A stretch of DNA of 64,000 bases from positions 10,178-74,177 of the forward strand of contig JAJFHA010000011.1 of assembly GCA_021775875.1 (NCBI GenBank). The letters run 5' to 3'. Below are positions 25,984 to 36,811 of this stretch, in pieces. This DNA comes from Hyphomicrobiales bacterium. Its GTDB lineage: Bacteria; Pseudomonadota; Alphaproteobacteria; Rhizobiales; NORP267. The notes under the pieces were generated by a model, which was given only the letters and a program-made list of their open reading frames with translations, had not been told where the DNA came from and did not search any database. The first letter of the stretch is position 1, and every line of letters begins with the position of its first letter. Both the position numbers and the translations under genes were made by a program.

Positions 25984-26054
25984 AGACTTCCCCTTTACGC
26001 AAACGCCGGTCCGCAACCGGAACTATCCTACAGCAAAAACGAATTTTGTCACTT

Positions 26055-26399
26055 TTAGCCCTCAGAACGGGACGCGCATTTGATGCAAAGGGCGGCAGCG
26101 GGATCGATTTCGAGACGCTTTGGCGCAATCTTTTCGTCGCATTCGATGCAATTGCCATAGTCGCCATCGTCAAGCCGTTTCAGGGCTTCAACGATGCGTA
26201 AAGAATCGCGAAGGCGTCGCCGCTCGGCTTCCTGCGCCATAGCCTGACCCTGCATGGCATCCATCCGCGACAACCGGCCAACACTCTGCTGGTCCAGCGT
26301 GACGGGATCACGGGATTCTTTGGAACCGGCGCTCAGATCGGTCAATTCCTGCTGGCGCGATTCCAGCATTTTTTGTACCTTATTTAGATCAATCGCCAC
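26055..26399 (-). CDS. DksA/TraR-family C4 zinc-finger protein
   Basis: CIECDEKIAPKRLEIDPAAALCIKC follows a coiled-coil N-terminal region. Confidence 0.85.
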   Translation of the reverse strand: MAIDLNKVQKMLESRQQELTDLSAGSKESRDPVTLDQQSVGRLSRMDAMQGQAMAQEAERRRLRDSLRIVEALKRLDDGDYGNCIECDEKIAPKRLEIDPAAALCIKCASRSEG

Positions 26400-26501
26400 C
26401 GCGGAAATCCTATTATCAAAGTGCGATTATAGCACTATTTGCACTTGAAAAACACGAATGAAGGACCGAGATAAGAGCAGGTTTGACAGGGGGCTCTTCG
26501 C

Positions 26502-27230
26502 GTGAAACCGTTATATCTTCCGTATACTGGGAGATATGCCCTGATGTTCTTACGAATGATGCCTCGATTTGTCATTACCATTGCGATTTTTTTGCTGGTT
26601 CAGTTGCCGGGCATCGTCGTGGCGCAAGATAATACGGCGACTTTCAAATTCAACCTGTTCTCCATTGAAGGCTTGGTTATTGGCGACACCTACTCGATCG
26701 ACGCTGAATTCGGCGAAAGGAATGGTATTTCCGTTCCTGTGCCTTTCAAAATTCTCACTCCACGGGAAGACGGTGTTGAGGTCATTCTCGAGCCGCCTTC
26801 TGAGGGCAGCGGAGAGATTTTGAAAGTAAATTTCGTATCAGAAGACCGCCAGTTGATTGAGAATATGCGCTTGGTCAATATGAGACTGCCTCTCGGACCA
26901 CAGGAAGAACGCCTGACCATTCTGGCCCGGCTGCTTGCCAATAGCGGGTTTAGCCAGGCGGTCGCAGGTTATGAACAAAGCGAATTCATCGGCGTCCGCG
27001 AAACAAAAATTGGTGATTATGATGGCGTTGAAGCGATTGGAAAATATATCGATCCGGACTTGGGTCTGATGTATGCACGCCTTGTGGGCATTCCGAATCC
27101 GGATCGCCCGGAAAGCATATTTGCCGTCGCTAACATTGTGGCCAGTCGTTTTGATTTCGAAAGCCTTGATGACCTTGCCCGCACCCATACCGGAACCATG
27201 TTACGTTTTTTTGAATATCTACCCGAATAA
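26502..27230 (+). CDS. Hypothetical secreted or anchored protein
   Basis: It has a hydrophobic N-terminus (FVITIAIFLLVQLPGIVVAQ). I recognise no family. The start is uncertain. Confidence 0.45.
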   Translation: MKPLYLPYTGRYALMFLRMMPRFVITIAIFLLVQLPGIVVAQDNTATFKFNLFSIEGLVIGDTYSIDAEFGERNGISVPVPFKILTPREDGVEVILEPPSEGSGEILKVNFVSEDRQLIENMRLVNMRLPLGPQEERLTILARLLANSGFSQAVAGYEQSEFIGVRETKIGDYDGVEAIGKYIDPDLGLMYARLVGIPNPDRPESIFAVANIVASRFDFESLDDLARTHTGTMLRFFEYLPE

Positions 27231-27256
27231 TCTGTCCAATTTTAGGAAGTAATCAC

Positions 27257-27829
27257 ATGACTCTTTTGATCTCCGGTCTGGTGATTTTCGCCGTGATCCA
27301 TTTTGTGCCGTCATTTCCAGGCGTCAAAAAATCTATGCAATCCAGTTTGGGAAAATTGGGGTACAGGGGCGTATTTTCTGGAATCTCGCTGCTGGGATTG
27401 GTCTTGATGATTTACGGCTATTCCGTAGCCCAGCCGGAGTCAGCCGTTGCCTGGGACCTTCCTTCATGGGGCCGCTCGGTTAATCATGGTCTGATGTTGA
27501 TCGCGTTTATCCTGCTGGCCGCGTCGGGATCGCGCGGCAATATCGTCAAATATATCCGCCATCCAATGAGCCTGGCCGTGATCATTTGGGGCGTGGCACA
27601 CCTGCTGGCCAACGAGACAGTGGCAGATGTGGTTCTGTTCGGCGGCATTCTGGCCTGGGCAATCGTGGCAATCATATTTGCCTTTGTCAGAAACAATGTC
27701 GCGGAAATTGCAACGGGAGCCGTTGCCGTCCGCAACGACCTTGTTGCGATAGTAACTGGCGTCTTTGTTTATGTGCTTTTTGTCTGGCGTGTGCATGAAT
27801 GGCTGATAGGTGTTCGACCAATCCCGTAA
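27257..27829 (+). CDS. NnrU-family membrane protein
   Basis: It is 190 aa and polytopic. The N-terminus MTLLISGLVIFAVIHFVPS and the overall pattern resemble NnrU. Confidence 0.65.
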   Translation: MTLLISGLVIFAVIHFVPSFPGVKKSMQSSLGKLGYRGVFSGISLLGLVLMIYGYSVAQPESAVAWDLPSWGRSVNHGLMLIAFILLAASGSRGNIVKYIRHPMSLAVIIWGVAHLLANETVADVVLFGGILAWAIVAIIFAFVRNNVAEIATGAVAVRNDLVAIVTGVFVYVLFVWRVHEWLIGVRPIP

Positions 27830-27922
27830 TCACATCCTGATGATATAATTCCTGAATATCATGTTGCACTGCGGTATCTATCGAGCGATAAACAGGGAAC
27901 GTTCATTCGCGAGGAGATCGAA

Positions 27923-28780
27923 ATGTCTGTGCAGACCCCGATCAAAAGACTGACCGCCCCGGACATTGCCGCCAAAAAGGGTGGCGAACCGATTGTATCG
28001 CTCACCGCCTATCACGCCCATACTGCCGCAATTGCGGATGAACACTGCGATTTTTTGCTTGTCGGCGACAGCCTTGGCATGGTGATGCATGGTTTTGAAT
28101 CCACATTGCCGGTCCCTCTTGAATTGATGATTATTCATGGTCGCGCAGTCATGCGCGGGTCTTCGCGTGCGCTCGTGGTGGTTGATATGCCTTTTGGGTC
28201 TTACGAAGAAAGCCCCCAGATTGCCTTTCGCAATGCTGCTGAAATTATCAAGGAAACTCAGGTTGGTGCGGTCAAACTGGAGGGCGGCGCGCGGATGGCA
28301 GAGACAATCCATTACCTGACCGAGCGCGGCATCCCGGTCATGGCCCATATCGGTCTTACCCCTCAATCCATCAATGTTATGGGCGGTTTCAAGGTGCAGG
28401 GCCGTGCAAAAGAACAATGGAAGTTGCTTGAAGAGGATGCGAAAGCGGTTTCCAAAGCGGGCGCTTTTTCTGTTGTGCTTGAAGCCATGCCGGAAGCGCT
28501 GGCTAAACGGATTACCAAACTTGTTCCAATCCCGACAATCGGCATCGGCGCAGGCAAAGAATGCGATGGCCAGATACTGGTGATGGAAGATATGCTTGGT
28601 CTGAGCCCGTGGGTGCCAAAATTTGTGAAAAAATTCGGTGCTGTCGGTGATGCGATCGAAGGTGCCATTGGTGGCTATGCAAAAGAAGTCCGGGAGGGAA
28701 GTTTTCCAGCACCCGAACACACCTATGCCATGAAAGCGCCGCAAAAAAAGGTTGCAAGAAAGGCCACCCGCAAGCGCTAA
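27923..28780 (+). CDS. panB: 3-methyl-2-oxobutanoate hydroxymethyltransferase
   Basis: [34 protein letters not shown] and GHIGLTPQS are PanB blocks. Confidence 0.95.
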   Translation: MSVQTPIKRLTAPDIAAKKGGEPIVSLTAYHAHTAAIADEHCDFLLVGDSLGMVMHGFESTLPVPLELMIIHGRAVMRGSSRALVVVDMPFGSYEESPQIAFRNAAEIIKETQVGAVKLEGGARMAETIHYLTERGIPVMAHIGLTPQSINVMGGFKVQGRAKEQWKLLEEDAKAVSKAGAFSVVLEAMPEALAKRITKLVPIPTIGIGAGKECDGQILVMEDMLGLSPWVPKFVKKFGAVGDAIEGAIGGYAKEVREGSFPAPEHTYAMKAPQKKVARKATRKR

Positions 28781-28885
28781 CCTTGTAACACCAATATAAT
28801 TGCTTCCAGGCGTTACAAACGTTAGGTTTCCGGCTATTCGGCCCATTGGCCGAAATGACGGCGGCAACAGGATACTGGATTAGAT

Positions 28886-29572
28886 ATGAGTGACGTATTT
28901 CGCGAGGTCGATGAAGACCTTCGCAGCGAACAAATGACCACGCTTTGGCGCCGCTTTGGCCCGCTGGCAATCGGCGCGGCCTTATTGGTTGTGGTTGGGG
29001 TTGCCGGGTTCAAGAGTTGGTCCTGGTACCAGATCCAGCAGGCGGAAGAAGCCGGGCTTAGGTTCGAACAAGCCGTCCAGGCGAGTGAAGACGGCAATGA
29101 AGCTGAAGGTATCCGCCAGATGGAGCTGCTTGCCGGATCAAGCCCCGGTGGTTATCCTGCATTGGCGGCCTTGGAAATTGCTGGTCTGAAGGCACAAGCT
29201 GGAGATATCGAAGGTGCTGTCGCAGCCTATGATGCCATTTCCGGAAACAGTTCAAACGACGAATTGATCCGTAATCTGGCAACATTGCAGGCGGCTCATT
29301 ACCTTCTGGGTACTGCAGATGTTGCTGCTATTCGGGCTCGGCTCGATGTTTTGGCAACTGGTAATTCAATTTGGAAATCAAGCGCTCGTGAGAGCATCGG
29401 CCTTGCATTGTGGAACGCTGGAAATTTTTCTGAAGCTGGTAATTTGTTTCGGGAAATCACCGTTGACGCTCAAACCCCTCGAGGTGTTCGCCAGCGTGCC
29501 CTTGTTATGCTTAGCCTGATTGCCCCGGAAGAACAGGCGGCCGGCGTTTCAGGTGCGGAGAGCAACCAATGA
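28886..29572 (+). CDS. YfgM-like membrane-anchored TPR protein
   Basis: It has an N-terminal anchor followed by a TPR-like helical region. It lies directly upstream of bamB and overlaps it, the usual arrangement. Confidence 0.65.
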   Translation: MSDVFREVDEDLRSEQMTTLWRRFGPLAIGAALLVVVGVAGFKSWSWYQIQQAEEAGLRFEQAVQASEDGNEAEGIRQMELLAGSSPGGYPALAALEIAGLKAQAGDIEGAVAAYDAISGNSSNDELIRNLATLQAAHYLLGTADVAAIRARLDVLATGNSIWKSSARESIGLALWNAGNFSEAGNLFREITVDAQTPRGVRQRALVMLSLIAPEEQAAGVSGAESNQ

Positions 29573-30900
29573 AACGGCGGATTATTGGTACCATTGCGCT
29601 TGCGGTCATGGTTAGCCTGACCGGTTGCGGTGGTGGTCTTTCGTTTGATGATCTCAACCCATTCTCGGGGCGTGAACAAATTCTGCCGGGAGAGCGCCAG
29701 GAAATTCTGGCAGAGCCAAACCCGCTTGCGGTTGATCCGGCTTTGGCGGTAGTTCAGGCTATCATTTTGCCGCCAGCAATCAATAATGGCGACTGGTCGC
29801 AACCGGGCGGCAACCCGGCAAACGCGCCTGGCCATCTGGCATATTCTGGCTCAGGCCAACGCATCTGGATGTCCAGCGCAGGTCGCGGAACCGGTAGCCA
29901 CGGCAATATATCAGCGTCTCCGGTTATTTCTGGAGGACGTATTTTTGTGATGGATGTTGAGGGCAAGGTCACAGCCCTTACCGCTAGTGGTGGTGGACGT
30001 GCCTGGCAGGTATCGATTGTCCCTGAGGGCGACGATGATGATGGCATTACCGGTGGCGGTCTCGCAGCCGATGGCGGTAATCTGTTTGCAGCAACAGGCT
30101 ACGGCGAAATCATCGCCTTTGATCAGGGAACCGGGCAGCGTCGCTGGACAACTAAAATGGATATTCCCTTGCGGAGCGCACCTACCGTCGCTAACGGAAT
30201 TCTGTTTGTGGTTGGAACCGATAACCGGGTTTTTGCGGTGTCTATCGCTGATGGCAGTCAGCTCTGGTCGTTCCGCGGCATCCCGGAAACAACCGGCCTT
30301 GTCTCAAGCGCCAGTCCCGCTGTTTCAGGAGACATTGTGGTTGTGCCATTTTCTTCAGGCGAGATCATTGCTTTTCAAGCAGCAACCGGCCAGCCGATCT
30401 GGGCGGAATCTCTTACCAGAACCAGAAGCTTCACGTCGCTGTCAGGCATTCGCGAAGTAGCAGCGCGTCCCGTTATCCAGGATGGCGTCGTTTATGCAGT
30501 AAGCGTTTCGGGGCGCATGATCGCGACCGGCCTTGCCAGTGGTGAGCGTGTCTGGACCAAGAATTTTGCAGGCGTCCACACACCTGCCATCGCTGGTGAA
30601 AGCTTGTTTGCGGTTGATATCCGAGGCAAACTCGCGGCCATGTCCAGGGCAACCGGACAGGTGCTTTGGTTGGTCGATATGCCGAAGAACGAAGATAACG
30701 AAACCTGGGCTGGGCCGGTTGTAGCCGGTGGCCGCTTGTGGCTGGCATCATCAGAAGGTCGGTTGGTATCTGTCGATCCAGCGTCCGGGCGAATGATTTC
30801 AGAGCATGATATCGGTGATCCGGTGCGGCTTCAGCCGATTGTTGCTTCAAGCACGATTTATGTGTTTACCGATGACGCCAATCTGGTTGCTTTCAATTAG
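29569..30900 (+). CDS. bamB: Outer-membrane assembly lipoprotein BamB (PQQ-like beta-propeller)
   Basis: It has the lipobox LTGC and repeated beta-propeller blades (G.V.A.D..TG...W). Confidence 0.85.
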   Translation: MKRRIIGTIALAVMVSLTGCGGGLSFDDLNPFSGREQILPGERQEILAEPNPLAVDPALAVVQAIILPPAINNGDWSQPGGNPANAPGHLAYSGSGQRIWMSSAGRGTGSHGNISASPVISGGRIFVMDVEGKVTALTASGGGRAWQVSIVPEGDDDDGITGGGLAADGGNLFAATGYGEIIAFDQGTGQRRWTTKMDIPLRSAPTVANGILFVVGTDNRVFAVSIADGSQLWSFRGIPETTGLVSSASPAVSGDIVVVPFSSGEIIAFQAATGQPIWAESLTRTRSFTSLSGIREVAARPVIQDGVVYAVSVSGRMIATGLASGERVWTKNFAGVHTPAIAGESLFAVDIRGKLAAMSRATGQVLWLVDMPKNEDNETWAGPVVAGGRLWLASSEGRLVSVDPASGRMISEHDIGDPVRLQPIVASSTIYVFTDDANLVAFN

Positions 30901-30941
30901 GCGCTAACGCCAGCCAAATTTTATGACGGGCCGCAAATCTC

Positions 30942-32297
30942 ATGCGTTTCAAAATTGCTATTATCGGTCGTCCCAATGTAGGGAAGTCGACGCTTTTCAA
31001 CCGGCTGGCCGGGCGAAAACTTGCGATCGTTGATGATCGTCCGGGTGTCACCCGCGACCGACGTATGGTTGATGTCTCCTGGGGCGGGATGGAATTCACC
31101 CTGATCGATACCGCCGGGCTCGAAGACCCAAAAAAAGAAAGCCTTACAAGCCGGATGCAGGACCAGACTGCGGAAGCGATCCGGGAAGCGGATCTGTGTC
31201 TGTTCGTCATGGATGCCCGTGCCGGTTTGACGCCGATGGACAAACATTTCGCTGTGCCTTTGCGCAAGAGCGGAAAGCCCGTTGCAGTGCTGGCCAACAA
31301 GGCGGAAGGCAAAGCCGGAGACGCAGGCTCACTGGAAGCCCATGCATTGGGCCTTGGTGACCCCTTGCGCGTATCTGCCGAGCATGGTGATGGTATGGCG
31401 GATTTGTTCCAGATCGTGCGCCACACCAAAAAAGATTGGGAAGATGCCAACGCCGAATTGACTCATACGGAAACCCCGGAAGAGGGCGGCCCTTTAAAAA
31501 TTGCCATTATCGGACGGCCAAATGCAGGGAAATCCACTCTGGTAAACCAATTGCTCGGTGAAAACCGGGTTTTGACGGGGCCGGTGGCCGGAACCACGCG
31601 AGATTCGATTGCCGTGAAATGGCGCTGGCAGGACCGCGAAATCCAGTTGGTTGATACGGCGGGCCTTCGCAAAAAGGCCCGGATCAAAGACCGTCTTGAA
31701 AAAATGTCTGCAGGCGATGCCCTGCATTCCCTGAAATTCGCTGAGATCGTTATTTTGCTCCTCGATGCCGAACAGGCTTTCGAAAACCAGGATTTGAAAC
31801 TGGCTGACCTGATCGCGCGGGAAGGTCGGGCCGTCGTGATTGGCGTCAACAAATGGGACCTGGTGCGGAACAAGCAGGAAACCAGAAAAAAACTCGACGA
31901 GATGGTGGGCCGCCTGTTGCCCCAGATCAGGGGCGTTCCGGTGGTGACCCTGTCAGCGCTTGAAGGCAAGGGGCTGGACAAGCTGATCCGGTCCGCATGT
32001 GAAATTCATGATATCTGGAACCAGCGACTGCCAACCGCGAAGCTCAATAAGTGGCTGGCAGACGCTACCTCTGATCACCCGCCACCTGCCGACAGGGGCC
32101 GCAGCGTTGGTCTGCGCTATATGACCCAGCCCAACGCGCGTCCGCCCACTTTTGTTGTGTTCTCGCAGCGCGCGGCATCAGTTCCTGAATCGTATGTTCG
32201 ATATCTTATCAACGGATTACGAGAACAGTTTAAACTTAAAGGCGTGCCAATTCGCTTGAACATCCGTTCAAGAAATAACCCTTATGTGGAAGATTAA
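30942..32297 (+). CDS. der: Ribosome-associated GTPase Der (EngA)
   Basis: It has two G domains (GRPNVGKST and GRPNAGKST) and a KH-like C-terminus. Confidence 0.95.
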   Translation: MRFKIAIIGRPNVGKSTLFNRLAGRKLAIVDDRPGVTRDRRMVDVSWGGMEFTLIDTAGLEDPKKESLTSRMQDQTAEAIREADLCLFVMDARAGLTPMDKHFAVPLRKSGKPVAVLANKAEGKAGDAGSLEAHALGLGDPLRVSAEHGDGMADLFQIVRHTKKDWEDANAELTHTETPEEGGPLKIAIIGRPNAGKSTLVNQLLGENRVLTGPVAGTTRDSIAVKWRWQDREIQLVDTAGLRKKARIKDRLEKMSAGDALHSLKFAEIVILLLDAEQAFENQDLKLADLIAREGRAVVIGVNKWDLVRNKQETRKKLDEMVGRLLPQIRGVPVVTLSALEGKGLDKLIRSACEIHDIWNQRLPTAKLNKWLADATSDHPPPADRGRSVGLRYMTQPNARPPTFVVFSQRAASVPESYVRYLINGLREQFKLKGVPIRLNIRSRNNPYVED

Positions 32298-32544
32298 GCG
32301 AGTTTGAGGCGGCCATTTTTTCTCTATATTTCTGATTTCCAGCTTGACCGGAATTCTGCGCGGGTATATCCGAAAATTGTGATCGGCGATGGCGTCGCCG
32401 CACCCACCTGGCCAAATTCCCTGTCAGGTGATTTTTACACGCATGTTGGCATTCAGGGCTGATATGCGTTTAACATCCTGTACGCCCGGATTTTGATTGC
32501 CGGCGACAGAAAAATTGCCTCCGGCATCAGCGCAGGAGGTAACG

Positions 32545-33777
32545 ATGTTACGAAGTAATGATGTTACAAAAATCAATCGCCCGGAATTTTTCAAAACTAA
32601 TGTTGAGAAGGCTGCTTTGCCATTCTCGTCGTCAGAGTATGAAAGACGACTCGCTAAATTGCGCGAGGAAATGGCACGCCGCAATATCCCGGTTTCGCTG
32701 TTCACCTCGATGCATAATATCGCTTATTATTCAGGCTTCCTCTATTGCAGTTTTGGCCGCCCGTTTGGATGTGTCGTAACCCCTGATCGTTGTGTCACTG
32801 TATCTGCCAATATTGATGGATCTCAGCCGGGCCGCCGGTCCTTTGGCGAAAATATCATCTATACCGACTGGCAGCGGGACAATTTCTGGCGTGCGGTTGG
32901 GGACGTCGCCCGGAATTGCACACGGATCGGAGTTGAGGGAGACCACCTGACTCTTACGTCAAGGACAGCGCTCGAAAATATATTGGGCATTACCGACATT
33001 GTTGATATCGCGCCTTCGACCATGGCCATGCGGATGATCAAGTCCGATGAAGAAACTACCCTGATCCGCGAAGGCGCACGGATTGCTGATTTAGGCGCGG
33101 CGGCCATGCGCGATGTCATCCGGCCGGGTATTCGCGAAATAGATGTTGCTATGGCGGGCCGCGATGCGATGGAACTGGAAATTGCGCGGGCATTTCCGAA
33201 AAGCGAAATTCGCGATAGCTGGGTCTGGTTCCAGTCTGGCCCAAATACCGATGGCGCCCATAACCCGGTGACCTGTCGACAGCTTCAAAAAGGCGATATT
33301 CTAAGCCTGAACACATTCCCGATGATCTCCGGTTATTACACAGCGCTGGAGCGCACGCTCTTTCTGGGAACCCCGGATGAGCCATCGCTTGAATTGTGGG
33401 AGGCTAATGTTGCAGCCCATGAATTAGGTCTGTCGTTAATCAGGCCAGGAGTGAAATGCTCAGAAATTTGTGCTGAGATAAACGCGCTTTTCGAGCGCAA
33501 AGGATTGCTGCAATACCGGTCATTCGGCTACGGCCATTCGTTCGGAATTCTGTCTCATTATTACGGGCGCGAAGCCGGTCTGGAATTCAGGGAAGATGTG
33601 GAAACAATGCTAGAACCGGGCATGGTGGTATCGATGGAACCAATGCTCTGGGTGCCGCCGGGAATACCCGGAGCAGGGGGCTATCGCGAGCATGATATCC
33701 TGTTGGTGACCGATGGGGTGCCTGAAAATTTCACCAAATATCCTTATGGCCCCACAGCCAATATCGTGGAGATTTAG
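32545..33777 (+). CDS. Creatinase (creatine amidinohydrolase), M24 family
   Basis: GGAGG precedes the ATG at 32545. Near-collinear identity with my recollection of Pseudomonas putida creatinase includes YYSGFLYCSFGRP, SANIDGSQP, YTDWQRDN, WFQSGPNTDGAHNPVT, GYYTALERTLFL, GYGHSFG.LSHYYGREAGLE.RED and PGAGGYREHDIL. Confidence 0.85.
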   Translation: MLRSNDVTKINRPEFFKTNVEKAALPFSSSEYERRLAKLREEMARRNIPVSLFTSMHNIAYYSGFLYCSFGRPFGCVVTPDRCVTVSANIDGSQPGRRSFGENIIYTDWQRDNFWRAVGDVARNCTRIGVEGDHLTLTSRTALENILGITDIVDIAPSTMAMRMIKSDEETTLIREGARIADLGAAAMRDVIRPGIREIDVAMAGRDAMELEIARAFPKSEIRDSWVWFQSGPNTDGAHNPVTCRQLQKGDILSLNTFPMISGYYTALERTLFLGTPDEPSLELWEANVAAHELGLSLIRPGVKCSEICAEINALFERKGLLQYRSFGYGHSFGILSHYYGREAGLEFREDVETMLEPGMVVSMEPMLWVPPGIPGAGGYREHDILLVTDGVPENFTKYPYGPTANIVEI

Positions 33778-34508
33778 CTGATCAGGGAGACCATTTGCCC
33801 GGTTTCAAAATCGGACATCATGCCGTTTTCCGTGAGGCCGGGTTCGGCAAGTTTGATAAAGGCTTCGTCCAGCGCTTCGGGCGGCGGCAGGCTGTCCGGG
33901 TCTTCTCCGGGCATCGCTTCCGCCCGCATTTTCGTGCGGACCGGTCCTGGCGAAAGGGCGTTTGCCAATACATTGGTCTTCGCAATTTCGTTGGCATAAG
34001 TCGCAACAAGCGCGTTCACGGCCGCTTTGGAGACCGAATAGGGACCCCAATAGGCGCGGCATTTAAAGGCTGCGCCGGAGGTAACAAAAATCGCGCGACC
34101 TGCATCTGATTGCCGGAGCAGCGGGTCCATGGAGCGGATCAGGCGCCAGTTTGCGGTCACGTTGATGCTCATGACCTCGTCCCATTGTTCCGGGCTGACA
34201 TGCCCCAATGGTGAGATCGGTCCGAGAATACCGGCATTGCCAAGCAGGATATCGAGTTTTTTCCAGCGCTCGAAAATGGTGCCGCCAAGCCGGTCGATCC
34301 CGGCATAATCCGTCATATCGAGCGGCACCAGCGTAGCAGATCCACCGGCCAGATTTATATCATCATCAAGCTCTTCAAGTCCGCCTGTTGTACGGGCGAC
34401 AGCGATGATGTGTGCGCCCTCGCGGGCAAAGGCCAGAGCCGCTGCGCGTCCGATGCCACGTGACGCGCCGGTAACGAGCGCGACCCTGTCTTGCAATCTT
34501 CCAGTCAT
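33774..34508 (-). CDS. Short-chain dehydrogenase/reductase (SDR)
   Basis: VALVTGASRGIG, NAG and YxxxK (YSVSKAA) are present. The start overlaps the purF stop by ATGA. Confidence 0.85.
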   Translation of the reverse strand: MTGRLQDRVALVTGASRGIGRAAALAFAREGAHIIAVARTTGGLEELDDDINLAGGSATLVPLDMTDYAGIDRLGGTIFERWKKLDILLGNAGILGPISPLGHVSPEQWDEVMSINVTANWRLIRSMDPLLRQSDAGRAIFVTSGAAFKCRAYWGPYSVSKAAVNALVATYANEIAKTNVLANALSPGPVRTKMRAEAMPGEDPDSLPPPEALDEAFIKLAEPGLTENGMMSDFETGQMVSLIS

Positions 34509-35956
34509 CCGGTTTCCGCCAAAAGTGATAATTGAGTAACATCCTGCGCGCCATCGATATCCGTCAACGGCGTTGGATAATCGCCGGTAAAACAATGGTC
34601 GGTGAATTGGGGAATTATGGGGTCACGATTTTCATACCCCATGGCTTTGTAGATGCCGTCGATTGAGAGGAAGGCGAGGGAATCGCAGCCAATGAATTCG
34701 CGCATTTCTTCCAATGTATGGGTCGCGGCCAGAAGTTTGTCCGGGTTGGGGGTGTCGATCCCGTAAAAATCTGAATGGGTGATCGGTGGGCTGGCGATCC
34801 GCATATGCACTTCAAGAGCACCAGCATCGCGGATCATTTCTACGATCTTGACCGAAGTGGTGCCGCGCACGATTGAATCATCGATCAACACAACGCGCTT
34901 TCCGCGAATGACGCCGGAGCTGATATTGTGTTTCAGTTTCACACCGAGCTGGCGGATTTTCTGGGTCGGCTCGATAAAGGTGCGCCCCACATAATGATTG
35001 CGGATAATACCCAGCTCAAACGGGATCCCGGCCCTTTCGGCAAACCCGATCGCGGCCGGGACGCCTGAATCCGGCACAGGTACAACAACGTCGGCTTCAA
35101 CAAGCGATTCATCAGCAAGGACGCCGCCCATGGTCCGGCGGCATGAATAAATGCTGCGCCCACCAACGATCGAATCCGGTCTGGCGAAATAGATATATTC
35201 GAAAATGCAGGGACGCTCGCGCTGGGGCGGGAAAGGTTTCAGGCTCTCAATGCCGTCTTCGGTGATGACGACAATTTCGCCATTCTCGACTTCGCGCACG
35301 AACTTCGCGCCGATGATATCCAGCGCGCAGGTCTCGGATGCCAAAATTGGGGCGCCGTCCAGATCACCAAGCACCAGGGGCCGGATCCCCAACGGGTCCC
35401 GTGCCCCGATCATTTTCTTGTTGGTCATGGCAACCAGGGAAAAAGCGCCTTCAATTTGCCCAAGCGCTTCGATAAAGCGTTCGATGAAACGGCGCTTCTG
35501 GCTGCGTGCGACCAGATGCAGAATGATCTCGGTATCAGATGTCGACTGGCAAATTGCGCCGCCACGGATCAAATCAGCTCGCAGCGTCAGGGCATTGGTA
35601 AGATTGCCGTTATGGCAAACTGCAAAACCGCCGGCATTCAAATCAGCAAACAATGGCTGGACATTGCGAAGCAGGGTGTCGCCGGTAGTGGAATAACGCA
35701 CATGGCCCATGGCGCTGGTGCCTTTGAGGCGCTGGATGACGTTAGCTTTGGAGAAATGATCGCCAACAAGACCGAGGCGTTTTTCTGACCCGAAACTTTC
35801 GCCATTGAAGCTGACAATGCCTGCCGCTTCCTGACCTCTATGCTGAAGAGCATGAAGCCCGAGTGCTGTCAATTCGGCGGCATCGCTATGCCCGAACACA
35901 CCAAATACACCGCATTCTTCGCGCAGGGTATCTGCATCGAATTCATTTTGGTCCAT
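34505..35956 (-). CDS. purF: Amidophosphoribosyltransferase
   Basis: It has the ECGVFGV Ntn-amidotransferase N-terminus and the PRTase motif VVLIDDSIVRGTT. Confidence 0.97.
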   Translation of the reverse strand: MDQNEFDADTLREECGVFGVFGHSDAAELTALGLHALQHRGQEAAGIVSFNGESFGSEKRLGLVGDHFSKANVIQRLKGTSAMGHVRYSTTGDTLLRNVQPLFADLNAGGFAVCHNGNLTNALTLRADLIRGGAICQSTSDTEIILHLVARSQKRRFIERFIEALGQIEGAFSLVAMTNKKMIGARDPLGIRPLVLGDLDGAPILASETCALDIIGAKFVREVENGEIVVITEDGIESLKPFPPQRERPCIFEYIYFARPDSIVGGRSIYSCRRTMGGVLADESLVEADVVVPVPDSGVPAAIGFAERAGIPFELGIIRNHYVGRTFIEPTQKIRQLGVKLKHNISSGVIRGKRVVLIDDSIVRGTTSVKIVEMIRDAGALEVHMRIASPPITHSDFYGIDTPNPDKLLAATHTLEEMREFIGCDSLAFLSIDGIYKAMGYENRDPIIPQFTDHCFTGDYPTPLTDIDGAQDVTQLSLLAETG

Positions 35957-36009
35957 TTAAAAACCGGCCCTTGTTAGCTGGTATTGCGCTGAAATGAACT
36001 AGCTTGAAG

Positions 36010-36672
36010 TCAGTTATTTGTACCACCGGTACCCTGTTCAAGCTGGTTGAGACCTTGACGTTGCGATTCTGTATAGCCTGAGTCGGAAGGCGCGTCTTGC
36101 CCAGCCGTACCGTTTTCCCCGTCCGGTTGTTCGTCGCTCTCGCCGCCGTCACCTCCAAGGGCTTTGGAATTGATCCGCGACAACATGGCTTCGGGATCAT
36201 CCGGCAGGATCGAAAGGATCATGTCCCCGGTCTGGTTCAACAATGGTTGAGTTTTGGCTTCACGTACCCATTCCGGATGGTCGTTTTCTGGCACAAGCCA
36301 AATGAAGAAAAGATAGCCGATTGCCACCAATACAAGGCCGCGGGCAAGGCCGAAAATAAATCCGAAAGTTCTGTCCAGTGCGCCAACCCGGCTATCCAGA
36401 ACCTTATCACCGATCCGGATTGTAATGAACGATACGACAACCAATACCACGACGAAAATTCCAATGACGAGCGCAATGTCGGCGAGCCATTTCGGTTCCA
36501 GCGCTTCGCGGACCATCGGTTGAAACCGGGGGAAGAGAATAAGCGCTGCGCCTGCAGCAGCGGCCCAAGAAAAGATAGACAATACCTCGCGGGTAAATCC
36601 GCGCGCCATCGCCAGCAAGCCGGAAACCAGCATAAAGATAATAACGATAATATCGAGCCAGGTAATCGGCAT
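36010..36672 (-). CDS. cvpA: CvpA-family membrane protein
   Basis: It has the N-terminal blocks WLDIIVIIFMLVSGLLAMARGFTREV. It lies upstream of purF, the conserved cvpA-purF pairing. Confidence 0.85.
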   Translation of the reverse strand: MPITWLDIIVIIFMLVSGLLAMARGFTREVLSIFSWAAAAGAALILFPRFQPMVREALEPKWLADIALVIGIFVVVLVVVSFITIRIGDKVLDSRVGALDRTFGFIFGLARGLVLVAIGYLFFIWLVPENDHPEWVREAKTQPLLNQTGDMILSILPDDPEAMLSRINSKALGGDGGESDEQPDGENGTAGQDAPSDSGYTESQRQGLNQLEQGTGGTNN

Positions 36673-36811
36673 ATTTTGGGTCTCTTCTATAGCCCATCAG
36701 GAACGGCACGGGTTGGTCCGAAAAGTATACCACATTTTGTATGCGGAACAGGTTACTCCAACCTTATAATTCTCAGGCCACGTCTTTAGACCAAAATGGC
36801 CGCTTGGCCAA

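Noticed and set aside
27878-28867. A 329-aa minus-strand ORF covers panB.
   Set aside because: panB on the plus strand is unambiguous, so this is a shadow ORF. The same reasoning applies to 24073-24840 (in guaA), 46294-46932 (in fabF), 30893-31450 (in der), 36097-36789 (in cvpA), 37851-38543 (in radA/alr) and 43126-43611 (in rpsR/rpsF).
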